Source: an uncultured Actinomycetes bacterium (GTDB lineage Bacteria > Actinomycetota > Thermoleophilia > Solirubrobacterales > 70-9). From it: a stretch of 64,000 nt of DNA. Under the pieces are notes generated by a model. It saw nothing but the letters and a program-made list of their open reading frames with translations, did not search any database and was not told the origin of the DNA. The DNA lies in assembly GCA_963715475.1 (NCBI GenBank), contig OY970241.1, forward strand, positions 1,827,309 to 1,891,308, given 5' to 3'. The position numbers and the translations under genes were made by a program. Positions 40,985 to 48,623 of the stretch are shown here, piece by piece. Position 1 is the stretch's first letter; each line of letters starts with the position of its first letter.

Positions 40985-41032
40985 GCGAGTGGTGAGTTGA
41001 CCTGCCTATAGCGAGGTCAACTCACCACTCGC
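40985..41032. repeat. perfect 18-bp-arm palindrome in the divergent rnz / tRNA-Arg region
   Basis: GCGAGTGGTGAGTTGACC (40985-41002) / GGTCAACTCACCACTCGC (41015-41032), 12-nt spacer. Confidence 0.7.
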
Positions 41033-41065
41033 AGCCGCGGACGGGCGGCTAAGCTGAGCCGACAA

Positions 41066-41139
41066 GCGCCCGTAGCTCAGCTGGATAGAGCGCATGCCTC
41101 CGGAGCATGAGGTCACAGGTTCGAATCCTGTCGGGCGCG
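41066..41139 (+). tRNA. tRNA-Arg (anticodon CCG)
   Basis: Hand-folded cloverleaf: acceptor GCGCCCG/CGGGCGC, D stem GCTC/GAGC, anticodon stem CATGC/GCATG with loop CT-CCG-GA, T arm ACAGG-TTCGAAT-CCTGT. 74 nt, CCA not encoded. Confidence 0.9.
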
Positions 41140-41149
41140 CTCTCTTGGC

Positions 41150-41188
41150 GTGTCGAGTTTGTGGCCGATGGGGCCACGAACTCGACAC
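41150..41188. repeat. REP-like palindrome, family A copy 1 (bidirectional terminator position)
   Basis: GTGTCGAGTTTGTGGCC-GATGG-GGCCACGAACTCGACAC lies between the tRNA 3' end and the convergent hydrolase stop. It is about 85% identical to 51489-51527. Confidence 0.65.
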
Positions 41189-41191
41189 GGC

Positions 41192-42118
41192 TCAGTTTTC
41201 CGCGGCCTTGAACCTGGCGACCCAGTCGTCGCGGTCGAATTCGGCGGGGTCGGTCTCGGCGAGGAAGCGCTGCAGGGCGGCGATGAAGCGGCCGGGGCGC
41301 TCGAGCATCGGGACGTGGCCGGTGTCGGCGAAGATCTCGAGGCGGCTGCCGGGGAGCTTGGCGTGGGCTTCGCGGGCGTGCTCGACCGGGATGATCGGGT
41401 CGTTTTCGCCCCAGAGGATGAGCAGCGGCAGAGCCTCGGCGAGGTAGAGGCGGTCGAGGGCGGCGATCCGCTGGCCCTCGGTGTCGACGACCGCGCGCAG
41501 GGTGGCGAGGAAGGCCTTGCGGCGCTCGGGGTCGCGGAGGGTGGAGTAGCCGCGCGCGACCTCGGTCAGGTCGGCGTTGGGGCGCAGGCCGAGCATGCCG
41601 ATGCCGCGGCCGATCGCCGCGCCGAGCTGGGTCCCGACCCCGGCGGTGGCGGAGATGAAGAGGTCCGCTCCCGGCAGCGCCGCCGCCCGCAGCAGCGGGC
41701 TGACGTCGGGCCCGAGGCCGCCGCTGGAGACCAGCGCCAGCCGTTCGACCATCTCCGGGAACTGGTAGGTGAACTGCATCGCGACGCCGCCGCCGAGCGA
41801 GTGGCCGACCAGGGTCGCGCGCTCGTGGCCGAGCGCCAGCAGCAGGTCGCGGAGGCTGCTCGCGAGACCGCCCAGCGAGTAGTCGCCGCCGCCCGGGGCC
41901 GAGGAGCCGTGGCCGGGGAAGTCGGGGGCGATCACGGTGCGGCCGACCGCCAGCGGCTCGATCACCGATTCCCAGTTGACGCAGGTGCCCGCTATGCCGT
42001 GGATCAGCAGCAGGACCGGCCCCGAGCCGGCTTCGACGAAGTTCATCGGCCGGCCGTGCAGCTCGACCGCGCGCGGCCTCGCCCCGGATGCGCCCGCCTG
42101 GCTAGCTTTCACCGCCAC
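41192..42118 (-). CDS. alpha/beta-fold hydrolase
   Basis: PVLLLIHG and nucleophile elbow GHSLGG. 308 aa, start uncertain. Confidence 0.8.
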   Translation of the reverse strand: MAVKASQAGASGARPRAVELHGRPMNFVEAGSGPVLLLIHGIAGTCVNWESVIEPLAVGRTVIAPDFPGHGSSAPGGGDYSLGGLASSLRDLLLALGHERATLVGHSLGGGVAMQFTYQFPEMVERLALVSSGGLGPDVSPLLRAAALPGADLFISATAGVGTQLGAAIGRGIGMLGLRPNADLTEVARGYSTLRDPERRKAFLATLRAVVDTEGQRIAALDRLYLAEALPLLILWGENDPIIPVEHAREAHAKLPGSRLEIFADTGHVPMLERPGRFIAALQRFLAETDPAEFDRDDWVARFKAAEN

Positions 42119-42177
42119 GGAGAGAACTTACCCCTCAGCCCGCCGAAGGTATCGCCGCCGGGCAGCGTGCTTACCGA

Positions 42178-43029
42178 TTGGAATACTGTCGCGCCGTGGC
42201 CGACGCCGCCCAGCCCGCCGACCCGCCGGACAACCGGCCGCCCCGCGGGGCCCTGATCGTCGTCGCGATCGGCCTGATCGCCTGCGTCGTCGCCGCCCTG
42301 GCGAGCACCGGCAAGGGCTCGGGTGAAGCGGCCCACCTCGAATGGGTCCAGGCGGGGACCGGACCGGACTCGAAGACGGCGCCCGTGCCCGGCGGCAGGG
42401 GCGAGATGCAGCTGACCGAAACCCACATCCGCGCCACCGGGACCAACGTCAGCGGCTACTCGCTGTTCACCGTCGGCGCCACGCTCGACGTCTCGGCCGG
42501 AGCGCCGATCGGCGGCGGGCGCATCCGCTGCGCGGTCACCGCCCACGGCGGCACCGAAATCGCCCAGAGCGGCGGCGGCCTGCGCGCCACCTACCCCCGC
42601 TCCTCCGCAGCGGGCATCTACAACCAGAACGTGCCGGAAACGGTGCTGATGGACTTCAGCTCCCACGGCAGCGAACTCGCCGACGTCGAAGTGCTCGACC
42701 GGCCGCGGCGGTTCACCAGCGAACAGGGCGTCAAGCTCGACTGGCCCGCGTACGAAAAGGGCCGCGAGCACCTTCACTACTTCATCGCCGGCAAGCCGAA
42801 GCGCGAACTGCGGCTGCCCTTCTTCACGATCTGGAGGACGACGAAGCCGCCCGCGGCCGACCTCGCATGCACGCTGGAAACGAGCGCCGGCAAGGCGACC
42901 GTCGCCACCGCCGTGGCGCTGAAGAAGGTCTCGCCGCCGATCGACGAACAGGCCGAAGAAGAACGCTACGAAGAAAAAGAAGAAGCCGAAGCGGAACGCG
43001 AAGCCGCCGCAGAAGGCGAAGAAGGCTAG
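42178..43029 (+). CDS. hypothetical membrane-anchored protein with acidic C-terminal tail
   Basis: 283-aa ORF (TTG 42178 or GTG 42196) with one TM helix (ALIVVAIGLIACVVAALAS), a ~190-aa non-repetitive domain and the tail EQAEEERYEEKEEAEAEREAAAEGEEG. Composition is unlike shadow ORFs. I recognise no family. Confidence 0.6.
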   Translation: MEYCRAVADAAQPADPPDNRPPRGALIVVAIGLIACVVAALASTGKGSGEAAHLEWVQAGTGPDSKTAPVPGGRGEMQLTETHIRATGTNVSGYSLFTVGATLDVSAGAPIGGGRIRCAVTAHGGTEIAQSGGGLRATYPRSSAAGIYNQNVPETVLMDFSSHGSELADVEVLDRPRRFTSEQGVKLDWPAYEKGREHLHYFIAGKPKRELRLPFFTIWRTTKPPAADLACTLETSAGKATVATAVALKKVSPPIDEQAEEERYEEKEEAEAEREAAAEGEEG

Positions 43030-43850
43030 GCGTCGAGCTGCCCCTGCGGCGCGACCAGCAGCTCCGGGCCCTCCTTCGTCCCCTTGCCGACCTTGTTCAG
43101 CGCCGGGTTGGCCGGGGCGCCCTCCATCCGGGCCGGGTCGAGCGGCTCGCACATCGCGACCGCGTCCTCGGCGCTGAGCTCGGGGCGCAGCCAGGCGGCC
43201 TCGGCCTCCGGGCCCGGGAGGATCGCCGGCATCCGGTCGTGGACCGGCGCCACCACCTCGTTCGGGGTCGTCGTGATCAGCGTGCAGGTGTAGAGGTAGC
43301 CGTCGTCGTAGCCGCGCTCGGCGGGGTCGTCCCACTCCTTGCGGGTGCAGAGGCCGGCGAAGGCGAACGGCTCGCCGCCGTCGACGGTGAAGCGCCAGGG
43401 CTGGCGCGGCTGCTTGGGGTCCTCGGCCTTCATCCACTCGTAGAAGCCGTCGGCGACGATCAGGCAGCGGTGGCGGAACTTGTCGACCAGCGGCGCGTAG
43501 GCGCGGCTCTTCAGCAGGTTCTCGCGTTTGGCGTTGATCATCCGGTAGCCGACCTTGAGGTCCTTCGACCAGACCGGCACCAGCCCCCAGCGCATCAGCC
43601 TCGCCTCGCGCTCGCCCCGTGTCGCCTCGTCGGGCTCCGGCGAGGAGCGGACCGCGAGGATCTCCTGGGTCGGGGCGACGTTGAAGCGCCCCAACCCGGG
43701 CGGGGCCTTCTCCTTCGCCCCTCCCCCGTCCTCGGCGCTCTCTTTCGCGCCCCCGCCGGCGCCGCGTTCGAGCGCCTTCTCCAGCTCGACCTGGAAGCGG
43801 TCGGCGATCTTCTTCGTGTCCTTGGTCGTGACCGTGAAGCGGCCGCACAT
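43026..43850 (-). CDS. SOS-response-associated peptidase (SRAP/YedK, abasic-site processing protein)
   Basis: Starts MCGRF (catalytic Cys2; ATG 43850). FYEW motif. The track start at 43949 is an extension. Confidence 0.85.
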   Translation of the reverse strand: MCGRFTVTTKDTKKIADRFQVELEKALERGAGGGAKESAEDGGGAKEKAPPGLGRFNVAPTQEILAVRSSPEPDEATRGEREARLMRWGLVPVWSKDLKVGYRMINAKRENLLKSRAYAPLVDKFRHRCLIVADGFYEWMKAEDPKQPRQPWRFTVDGGEPFAFAGLCTRKEWDDPAERGYDDGYLYTCTLITTTPNEVVAPVHDRMPAILPGPEAEAAWLRPELSAEDAVAMCEPLDPARMEGAPANPALNKVGKGTKEGPELLVAPQGQLDA

Positions 43851-43860
43851 GGGACGGAGG

Positions 43861-44859
43861 CTAGCCGGCCCGGCCGGCGGGCTCGGGCCGCAGGTCGGCG
43901 TGGTCGCGGTACCAGTCGAGGGTGCGGGCGAGGCCGTCGCGGAGCTCAACCGCGGGCGCCCAGCCGGTCAGCTCGCGGAGCTTGGCCGAGTCGACGTACT
44001 GGCGGTCGATCTCGCCGCTGGGCGTCCCTTCGCCGAGGTATTCGGGCTCGACCCCGGTGCGCGCCGCGGCGGCGATCAGCCCGACCACCTCGCGGACGGA
44101 GTGCGGGCGCTCGCCGCCGGCGTTGAACGCCTCCCCCGCGGCCTCGCCGGCGGCCAGCGCCGACTCGATCGCCAGGTAGGCGGAGACCGCGTCGTCGACG
44201 TGGAGGAAGTCGCGTTCGGGGCTGCCGTCGGAGCGGATCTGCGGCCGCCGGCCGTCGAGGACGGCTGCCGCCGTCTCGGGGATCAGGCGCGAGAAGTTGA
44301 GGTCGCCGCCGCCGTAGACGTTGGCGAAGCGGGTGACGGCGAGCGGCAGCCCGTAGGCGTGGGCGTAGCTGCGGGCGACGATGTCGGCGGCGGCCTTGCT
44401 GGCGTCGTAGGGGAAGGCGGCGCGCAGCGGGAAGTCCTCGCGGTAGGGGAGCTCCGGGCTCGACCCGTAGGCCTTGTCCGAGGAGGCGAAGACGGTGCGG
44501 GCGACCTCGTGCTCGCAGCAGGCCTCGAAGACGTTCCAGGCGCCGCGCACGTTGACCTCGAAGGTCTCGGCCGGGAACTCGCGGGCGACGCCGACGATCG
44601 TCTGGGCGGCGAGGTGGAAGACGGAGTCGCGGCCGGCGACCGCGGCGGCGACCGCCGCGGCGTCGCGCAGGTCTCCCTCGGCGAGCTCGACCTCGCCCCG
44701 CAGGCCCAGCAGGTCGAGTGCCGAGAGCCGCGGCCCGCCGAGGTCGGCGGTGCGCGGGTCGGGCCGGTCCAGCACCCGCACCTCGTCCCCGCGCGCGAGC
44801 AGCGCCCGCACCAGGTGCGAGGCGACGAACCCGTGGCCGCCGGTGACCAGCGCCTTCAT
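43861..44859 (-). CDS. NAD-dependent epimerase/dehydratase (extended SDR, sugar-nucleotide modifying)
   Basis: MKALVTGGHGFVASHL Rossmann motif and YDASK catalytic motif. Translationally coupled (ATGA) to the upstream cytidylyltransferase. Confidence 0.85.
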   Translation of the reverse strand: MKALVTGGHGFVASHLVRALLARGDEVRVLDRPDPRTADLGGPRLSALDLLGLRGEVELAEGDLRDAAAVAAAVAGRDSVFHLAAQTIVGVAREFPAETFEVNVRGAWNVFEACCEHEVARTVFASSDKAYGSSPELPYREDFPLRAAFPYDASKAAADIVARSYAHAYGLPLAVTRFANVYGGGDLNFSRLIPETAAAVLDGRRPQIRSDGSPERDFLHVDDAVSAYLAIESALAAGEAAGEAFNAGGERPHSVREVVGLIAAAARTGVEPEYLGEGTPSGEIDRQYVDSAKLRELTGWAPAVELRDGLARTLDWYRDHADLRPEPAGRAG

Positions 44860-45635
44860 CGCGGCCCCGCCGGGGCCGGCTGTTCGATCGACCCACTCAT
44901 ACGGTGGTCAGACGAACAGTCTGTCGAGTTCAACCAGCGGGCCCTGCCCGAGGTCCAGAGGTCGTTGAGCTCGACCACGTCCTTGTGGGTGTCCATGCAG
45001 TCCCAGAAGCCCTGGTGGCGGTAGGCGCGCAGCTCGCCGTCGGCGGCGAGGCGCTCCAGCGGCCCGCGCTCGAGCACGCTGCCGGCGCCCAGGTAGTCGA
45101 GCACCCCCGGCTCGAAGCAGAAGAACCCCCCGTTGATCCAGTGCTCGCTGCGCGGCTTCTCGACGAAGCCGGCCACCGAATCGCCATCCAACTCCGCCAC
45201 CCCCCACTGCAGGTGCGGCCGCACCACGGTCACCGTCGCCAGAGCACCCTGGTCGCGGTGAAAGCCGAGAAGCCCGTCGAGGTCGATGTCGGCGACGCCG
45301 TCGGCGTAGGTGACGCAGAACGGCTCGCCGCCGAGTCGCTCGCCCAGCGCCGCGACGCGGCCCCCGGTCGGCGTGTCCAGCCCCGTGTCGACGCACTCGA
45401 CCAGCACCCCTGGCGGCCAGCTCTGACCGGCCGCGAACTCCGCCACCGCCTCGCCCATGTAGCCCGTCGCAAGCACAAACCGCCCGAACCCCTGCGCGGC
45501 ATAGATCTGAATGACGTGCCAGAGGATCGGCCTACCCCCGATCTCCACCAGCGCCTTGGGCACCGACTCGGTCCGCTCCCGCAACCTGGTCCCACGACCT
45601 CCGCAGAGGATGACGACCGGCGGTCTGGCGCTCAT
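44856..45635 (-). CDS. rfbF: glucose-1-phosphate cytidylyltransferase
   Basis: VVILCGGRGTRLRE...PKALVEIGGRPILWH...FVEKP...WINGGFF. ATG 45635 (MSARPP) is preferred, because the track start at 45659 lies inside repeat B2. Confidence 0.85.
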   Translation of the reverse strand: MSARPPVVILCGGRGTRLRERTESVPKALVEIGGRPILWHVIQIYAAQGFGRFVLATGYMGEAVAEFAAGQSWPPGVLVECVDTGLDTPTGGRVAALGERLGGEPFCVTYADGVADIDLDGLLGFHRDQGALATVTVVRPHLQWGVAELDGDSVAGFVEKPRSEHWINGGFFCFEPGVLDYLGAGSVLERGPLERLAADGELRAYRHQGFWDCMDTHKDVVELNDLWTSGRARWLNSTDCSSDHRMSGSIEQPAPAGPR

Positions 45636-45648
45636 CGGCTTGGACTCA

Positions 45649-45769
45649 GATAGGGGCATCCCGATAGGGGTGGAACGTCTTGTACTTTTTCGTCAAAGAC
45701 CTAGAGGCGCCAGCCATCAGACGTTCCACCGAAAAAGTTAAGTGGAACCCCTGTCGGGATGCCCCTATC
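45649..45769. repeat. nested palindromic element, family B copy 2
   Basis: Outer 23-bp arms GATAGGGGCATCCCGATAGGGGT / ACCCCTGTCGGGATGCCCCTATC (1 wobble). The conserved core GGAACGTCTTGTACTTTTTCG ... CCACCGAAAAAGTTAAG matches that at 3109-3178. Confidence 0.6.
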
Positions 45770-46037
45770 CCCCGGCCACCGCCGGCAGGATCGTCACTTC
45801 GTCCCCGTCCTTGATCGAGGTCTCCAGCCCCTGCTGAAACCGAATGTCCTCACCGGAGACGTAGACGTTGACGAAGCGGCGCAGGTCGCCGTCCTGGGTG
45901 ATCCGGTCGCGGAGGCCGCCGTGGGCGTCGAAGACGGCGTCGAGCACCTCGCCGACGGTCGCGCCCTCGACCTCGAGCTCGGCCTCGCCGCCGGTGGCGG
46001 CGCGCAACTGGGTCGGGATCTTCACGGTGACGCTCAT
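45765..46037 (-). CDS. ThiS/MoaD-type sulfur-carrier protein (MetO/CysO-like), C-terminal GG
   Basis: 90 aa with a beta-grasp pattern, ending ...ILPAVAGG. Starts immediately after the ThrC-like gene stop. Confidence 0.8.
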   Translation of the reverse strand: MSVTVKIPTQLRAATGGEAELEVEGATVGEVLDAVFDAHGGLRDRITQDGDLRRFVNVYVSGEDIRFQQGLETSIKDGDEVTILPAVAGG

Positions 46038-47270
46038 CTAGACGGCTACCTCCTGCGGGAACTCGGCCTCGAAGCTCTCGAGGGCGGGGTCGATCTCGTG
46101 CATCTGGAACGTATCGCGCACCGCGTCGAGCGTCTTCAGCCCCTCGCCGGTGATGTAGACGACGACCCGCTCGCCGTCGGCCAGCTCGCCCCGTTCGGCC
46201 AGCTTGCGCAGGACGCCGACGGTGACGCCGCCGGCGGTCTCGGTGAAGATCCCGGTCGTCTCGGCCAGCAGCTTGATCGCCTCGCGGATCTCCTGGTCGG
46301 AGACCGCGTCGACGCCGCCGCCGGTGCGGCGGGCGTGCTCGACCGCGTAGGGCCCGTCGGCCGGGTCGCCGATCGCGAGGCTCTTGGCGATCGTCTCCGG
46401 GCGCTGCGGCTTGCAGACATCCCAGCCTTCCGCGAAGGCGGTCGCGACCGGGCTGCAGCCCTGCGCCTGGGCGCCGTTGAAAACCGGCTGGGCCCCCTCG
46501 ACGAGGCCGAGGTCGAGCCACTCCTGGAAGCCGCGGCCCAGTTTCGTGAACAGCGAGCCGGAGGCGATCGGGCTGACCACCCGGTCGGGCAGCTTCCAGC
46601 CGAGCTGCTCGACCGTCTCGTAGGCGAGCGTCTTCGAGCCCTCGGCGTAGTAGGGGCGCAGGTTGACGTTGACGAAGGCCCACGGGTGGGTCTCGGCGAG
46701 CTGGGTGCAGAGCCGGTTGACGTCGTCGTAGTTGCCGCGGACGCCGACCAGGTTGGTCCCGTAGACGCCGGTCGCGAGCAGCTTCTGCTCCTCGAGGTTG
46801 GCGGGGACGAAGACGTAGGAGTCGAGCCCGGCCGCGGCGGCGTGGGCGGCGACGGCGTTGGCGAGGTTGCCGGTCGAGGCGCAGGCGACGGTCTCGAAGC
46901 CGAGCTCCTGTGCTTTGGCGACGGCGACCGCGACGACCCGGTCCTTGAACGAGTGGGTCGGGTTGGCGGCGTCGTTCTTGATCCAGATCTCGGCACCGGT
47001 CCCGAGCCGCTCGGCCAGGCGGTCGGCCCGCAGCAGCGGCGTCAGCCCCGGCTCCAGCGGATCGCTCGCCCGCCCCTTGAAGGGGAGGAAGTCGCTGTAG
47101 CGCCAGATTCCCTGCGACCCGGCCTGGATCCGCCGTTTCGCCTCCGCCGCCTCGAAGCCGCTGTAGTCGTAGGCGACCTCCAGCGGGCCGAAGCAGTTTT
47201 CGCAGACGTAGCTGGCATCCAGCTCGTAGGCGGTGCCGCACTCCTTGCACTTCAAGCTCTGAACAGACAT
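46038..47270 (-). CDS. threonine-synthase-family PLP enzyme with N-terminal zinc ribbon (MetM-like, probable homocysteine synthesis)
   Basis: Starts MSVQSLKCKECG...CENC (ATG 47270, GAGGA SD). PLP lysine in THSFKDRV. Lies behind a SAM-I riboswitch. The track start at 47510 runs through the riboswitch. Confidence 0.85.
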   Translation of the reverse strand: MSVQSLKCKECGTAYELDASYVCENCFGPLEVAYDYSGFEAAEAKRRIQAGSQGIWRYSDFLPFKGRASDPLEPGLTPLLRADRLAERLGTGAEIWIKNDAANPTHSFKDRVVAVAVAKAQELGFETVACASTGNLANAVAAHAAAAGLDSYVFVPANLEEQKLLATGVYGTNLVGVRGNYDDVNRLCTQLAETHPWAFVNVNLRPYYAEGSKTLAYETVEQLGWKLPDRVVSPIASGSLFTKLGRGFQEWLDLGLVEGAQPVFNGAQAQGCSPVATAFAEGWDVCKPQRPETIAKSLAIGDPADGPYAVEHARRTGGGVDAVSDQEIREAIKLLAETTGIFTETAGGVTVGVLRKLAERGELADGERVVVYITGEGLKTLDAVRDTFQMHEIDPALESFEAEFPQEVAV

Positions 47271-47305
47271 CCGATCCTCATTTCGCCGCTTACGAACCAG
47301 CTCAT

Positions 47306-47476
47306 AAAAAAAGACCTTCGCCATCTGTGGGGCGAGGTCCGGTCGGACGCCTCCCCACATCTTCCAAATCGCTCTGCTGCTGCGACCTGCTGGATTTGGC
47401 ACCTGCCTCGACCTTGCGGTTCGAGGTGGTTGCCGGAGCTTCGCGGGGCCAGATCCCTCCACTCCTCTAGATGTGG
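47306..47476 (-). promoter_or_regulatory. SAM-I (S-box) riboswitch with terminator/antiterminator expression platform
   Basis: Minus-strand RNA CCACAUCUAGAGGAGUGGAGGGAUCUGGCCCCGCGAAGCUCCGGCAACC...GGUGCCAAAUCCAGCAGG...GGAAGAUGUGG matches the S-box core. The terminator GACCUCGCC-N8-GGCGAAGGUC plus U7 spans 47340-47306. The P1 3' strand can alternatively pair with the terminator 5' arm. Confidence 0.9.
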
Positions 47477-47590
47477 CGCTTATGTGGGCGAAACCATACC
47501 AAGCGACCACCTGGCTTTCCAGCCGCGGCGGGGCGGCTAACCTAGGCAGCGCGATGAGCCCGCTGCAGCAAGAGACGATCGGACTGAGCG

Positions 47591-48598
47591 ATGCCGAACC
47601 TTCCGAAACCGAGGCTGCGGCGGCCCGGCCGGCGCGGCGAGCTCGTCTCCCAGCCGGCGGCGCCTGAGCCCCAGCAGCCCAACGTCGAGCAGATCGAGTC
47701 GAACGGCCTGCGCTGGGTCAACATCGAGTGGCCCGGCTCGCTGGAGCGGACCTGGCTGGAGGAGCACTTCGACTTCCACGCCCTCGACCTCGAGGACGTC
47801 CTCTCGCGCAACCAGCGGCCGAAGATCGACGTCTACGGCGAGTACCTCTTCATCGTCCTCCACCTGCCGGTCTTCGACCCGGCGGCGGGGCGCCTCAACG
47901 CCGGCGAGCTCGACCTCTTCGTCGGCCCCGACTACGTGGTGACGATCCCGAACCTGCCGCTGCAGCCGGTCGAGTACCTGTTCGAGCGCTGCCGGGCCAA
48001 AGAGGAGCTGCGCGAACAGCTCTTCTCCCGCGGCTCGGGCTACCTGCTCTACCGGCTCGTCGACGACAGCTTCGACTACTGCTTCCCGATGCTGCGCAAG
48101 ATCGGCAACAAGCTCGACGCGCTCGAGGACTCGATCTTCGAAGAGCGAGCCGAGGCGGTGGTCCGCGACATCTCCAACGTCAAGCAGGAGATCATCAACT
48201 TCCGCAAGGTGATCCGGCCGCAGCGGCCGGTCCTGCGCGACCTCGAGAAGGTCAAGCAGCGCTACCTCGCCTCCGACCTCGACCTCGAGATCTACTTCGA
48301 CGACGTGGTCGACGCCCACGAGCGGATCTGGGACATGCTCGAGAACTACAAGGAGGTCTCCGAGGCGCTGCAGGAGACCAACGAGTCGGTGATCTCGCAC
48401 CGCCTCAACGACATCCTCCGCGTGCTCACCTCGATCAGCGTCGTGATCCTGCCGCTGACCCTGATCGCCAGCATCATGGGGATGAACTCCTGGGTGCCGG
48501 GGGAACACGACGAGGCGGGCTTCTTCGTCGTCCTCGGGGTGATGGCGCTGCTGCTGATCGGCCTCGTCGCCTACTTCCGCAAGCGCCGCTGGCTGTAG
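47591..48598 (+). CDS. corA: CorA-family magnesium/cobalt transporter
   Basis: C-terminal two TM helices with the IMGMN signature. Confidence 0.85.
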   Translation: MPNLPKPRLRRPGRRGELVSQPAAPEPQQPNVEQIESNGLRWVNIEWPGSLERTWLEEHFDFHALDLEDVLSRNQRPKIDVYGEYLFIVLHLPVFDPAAGRLNAGELDLFVGPDYVVTIPNLPLQPVEYLFERCRAKEELREQLFSRGSGYLLYRLVDDSFDYCFPMLRKIGNKLDALEDSIFEERAEAVVRDISNVKQEIINFRKVIRPQRPVLRDLEKVKQRYLASDLDLEIYFDDVVDAHERIWDMLENYKEVSEALQETNESVISHRLNDILRVLTSISVVILPLTLIASIMGMNSWVPGEHDEAGFFVVLGVMALLLIGLVAYFRKRRWL

Positions 48599-48623
48599 CG
48601 GCCCTGAATAGGATGCGAAACCC

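Noticed and set aside
45693-45729. The idea that the central segment of family B is an invertible switch, because CCTAG lies near opposite inner-stem arms in the two copies.
   Set aside because: The similarity of the centres is limited to a CTAG-containing pentamer, which is common here (TAG stops). A ~35-bp segment is also implausibly small for site-specific inversion.
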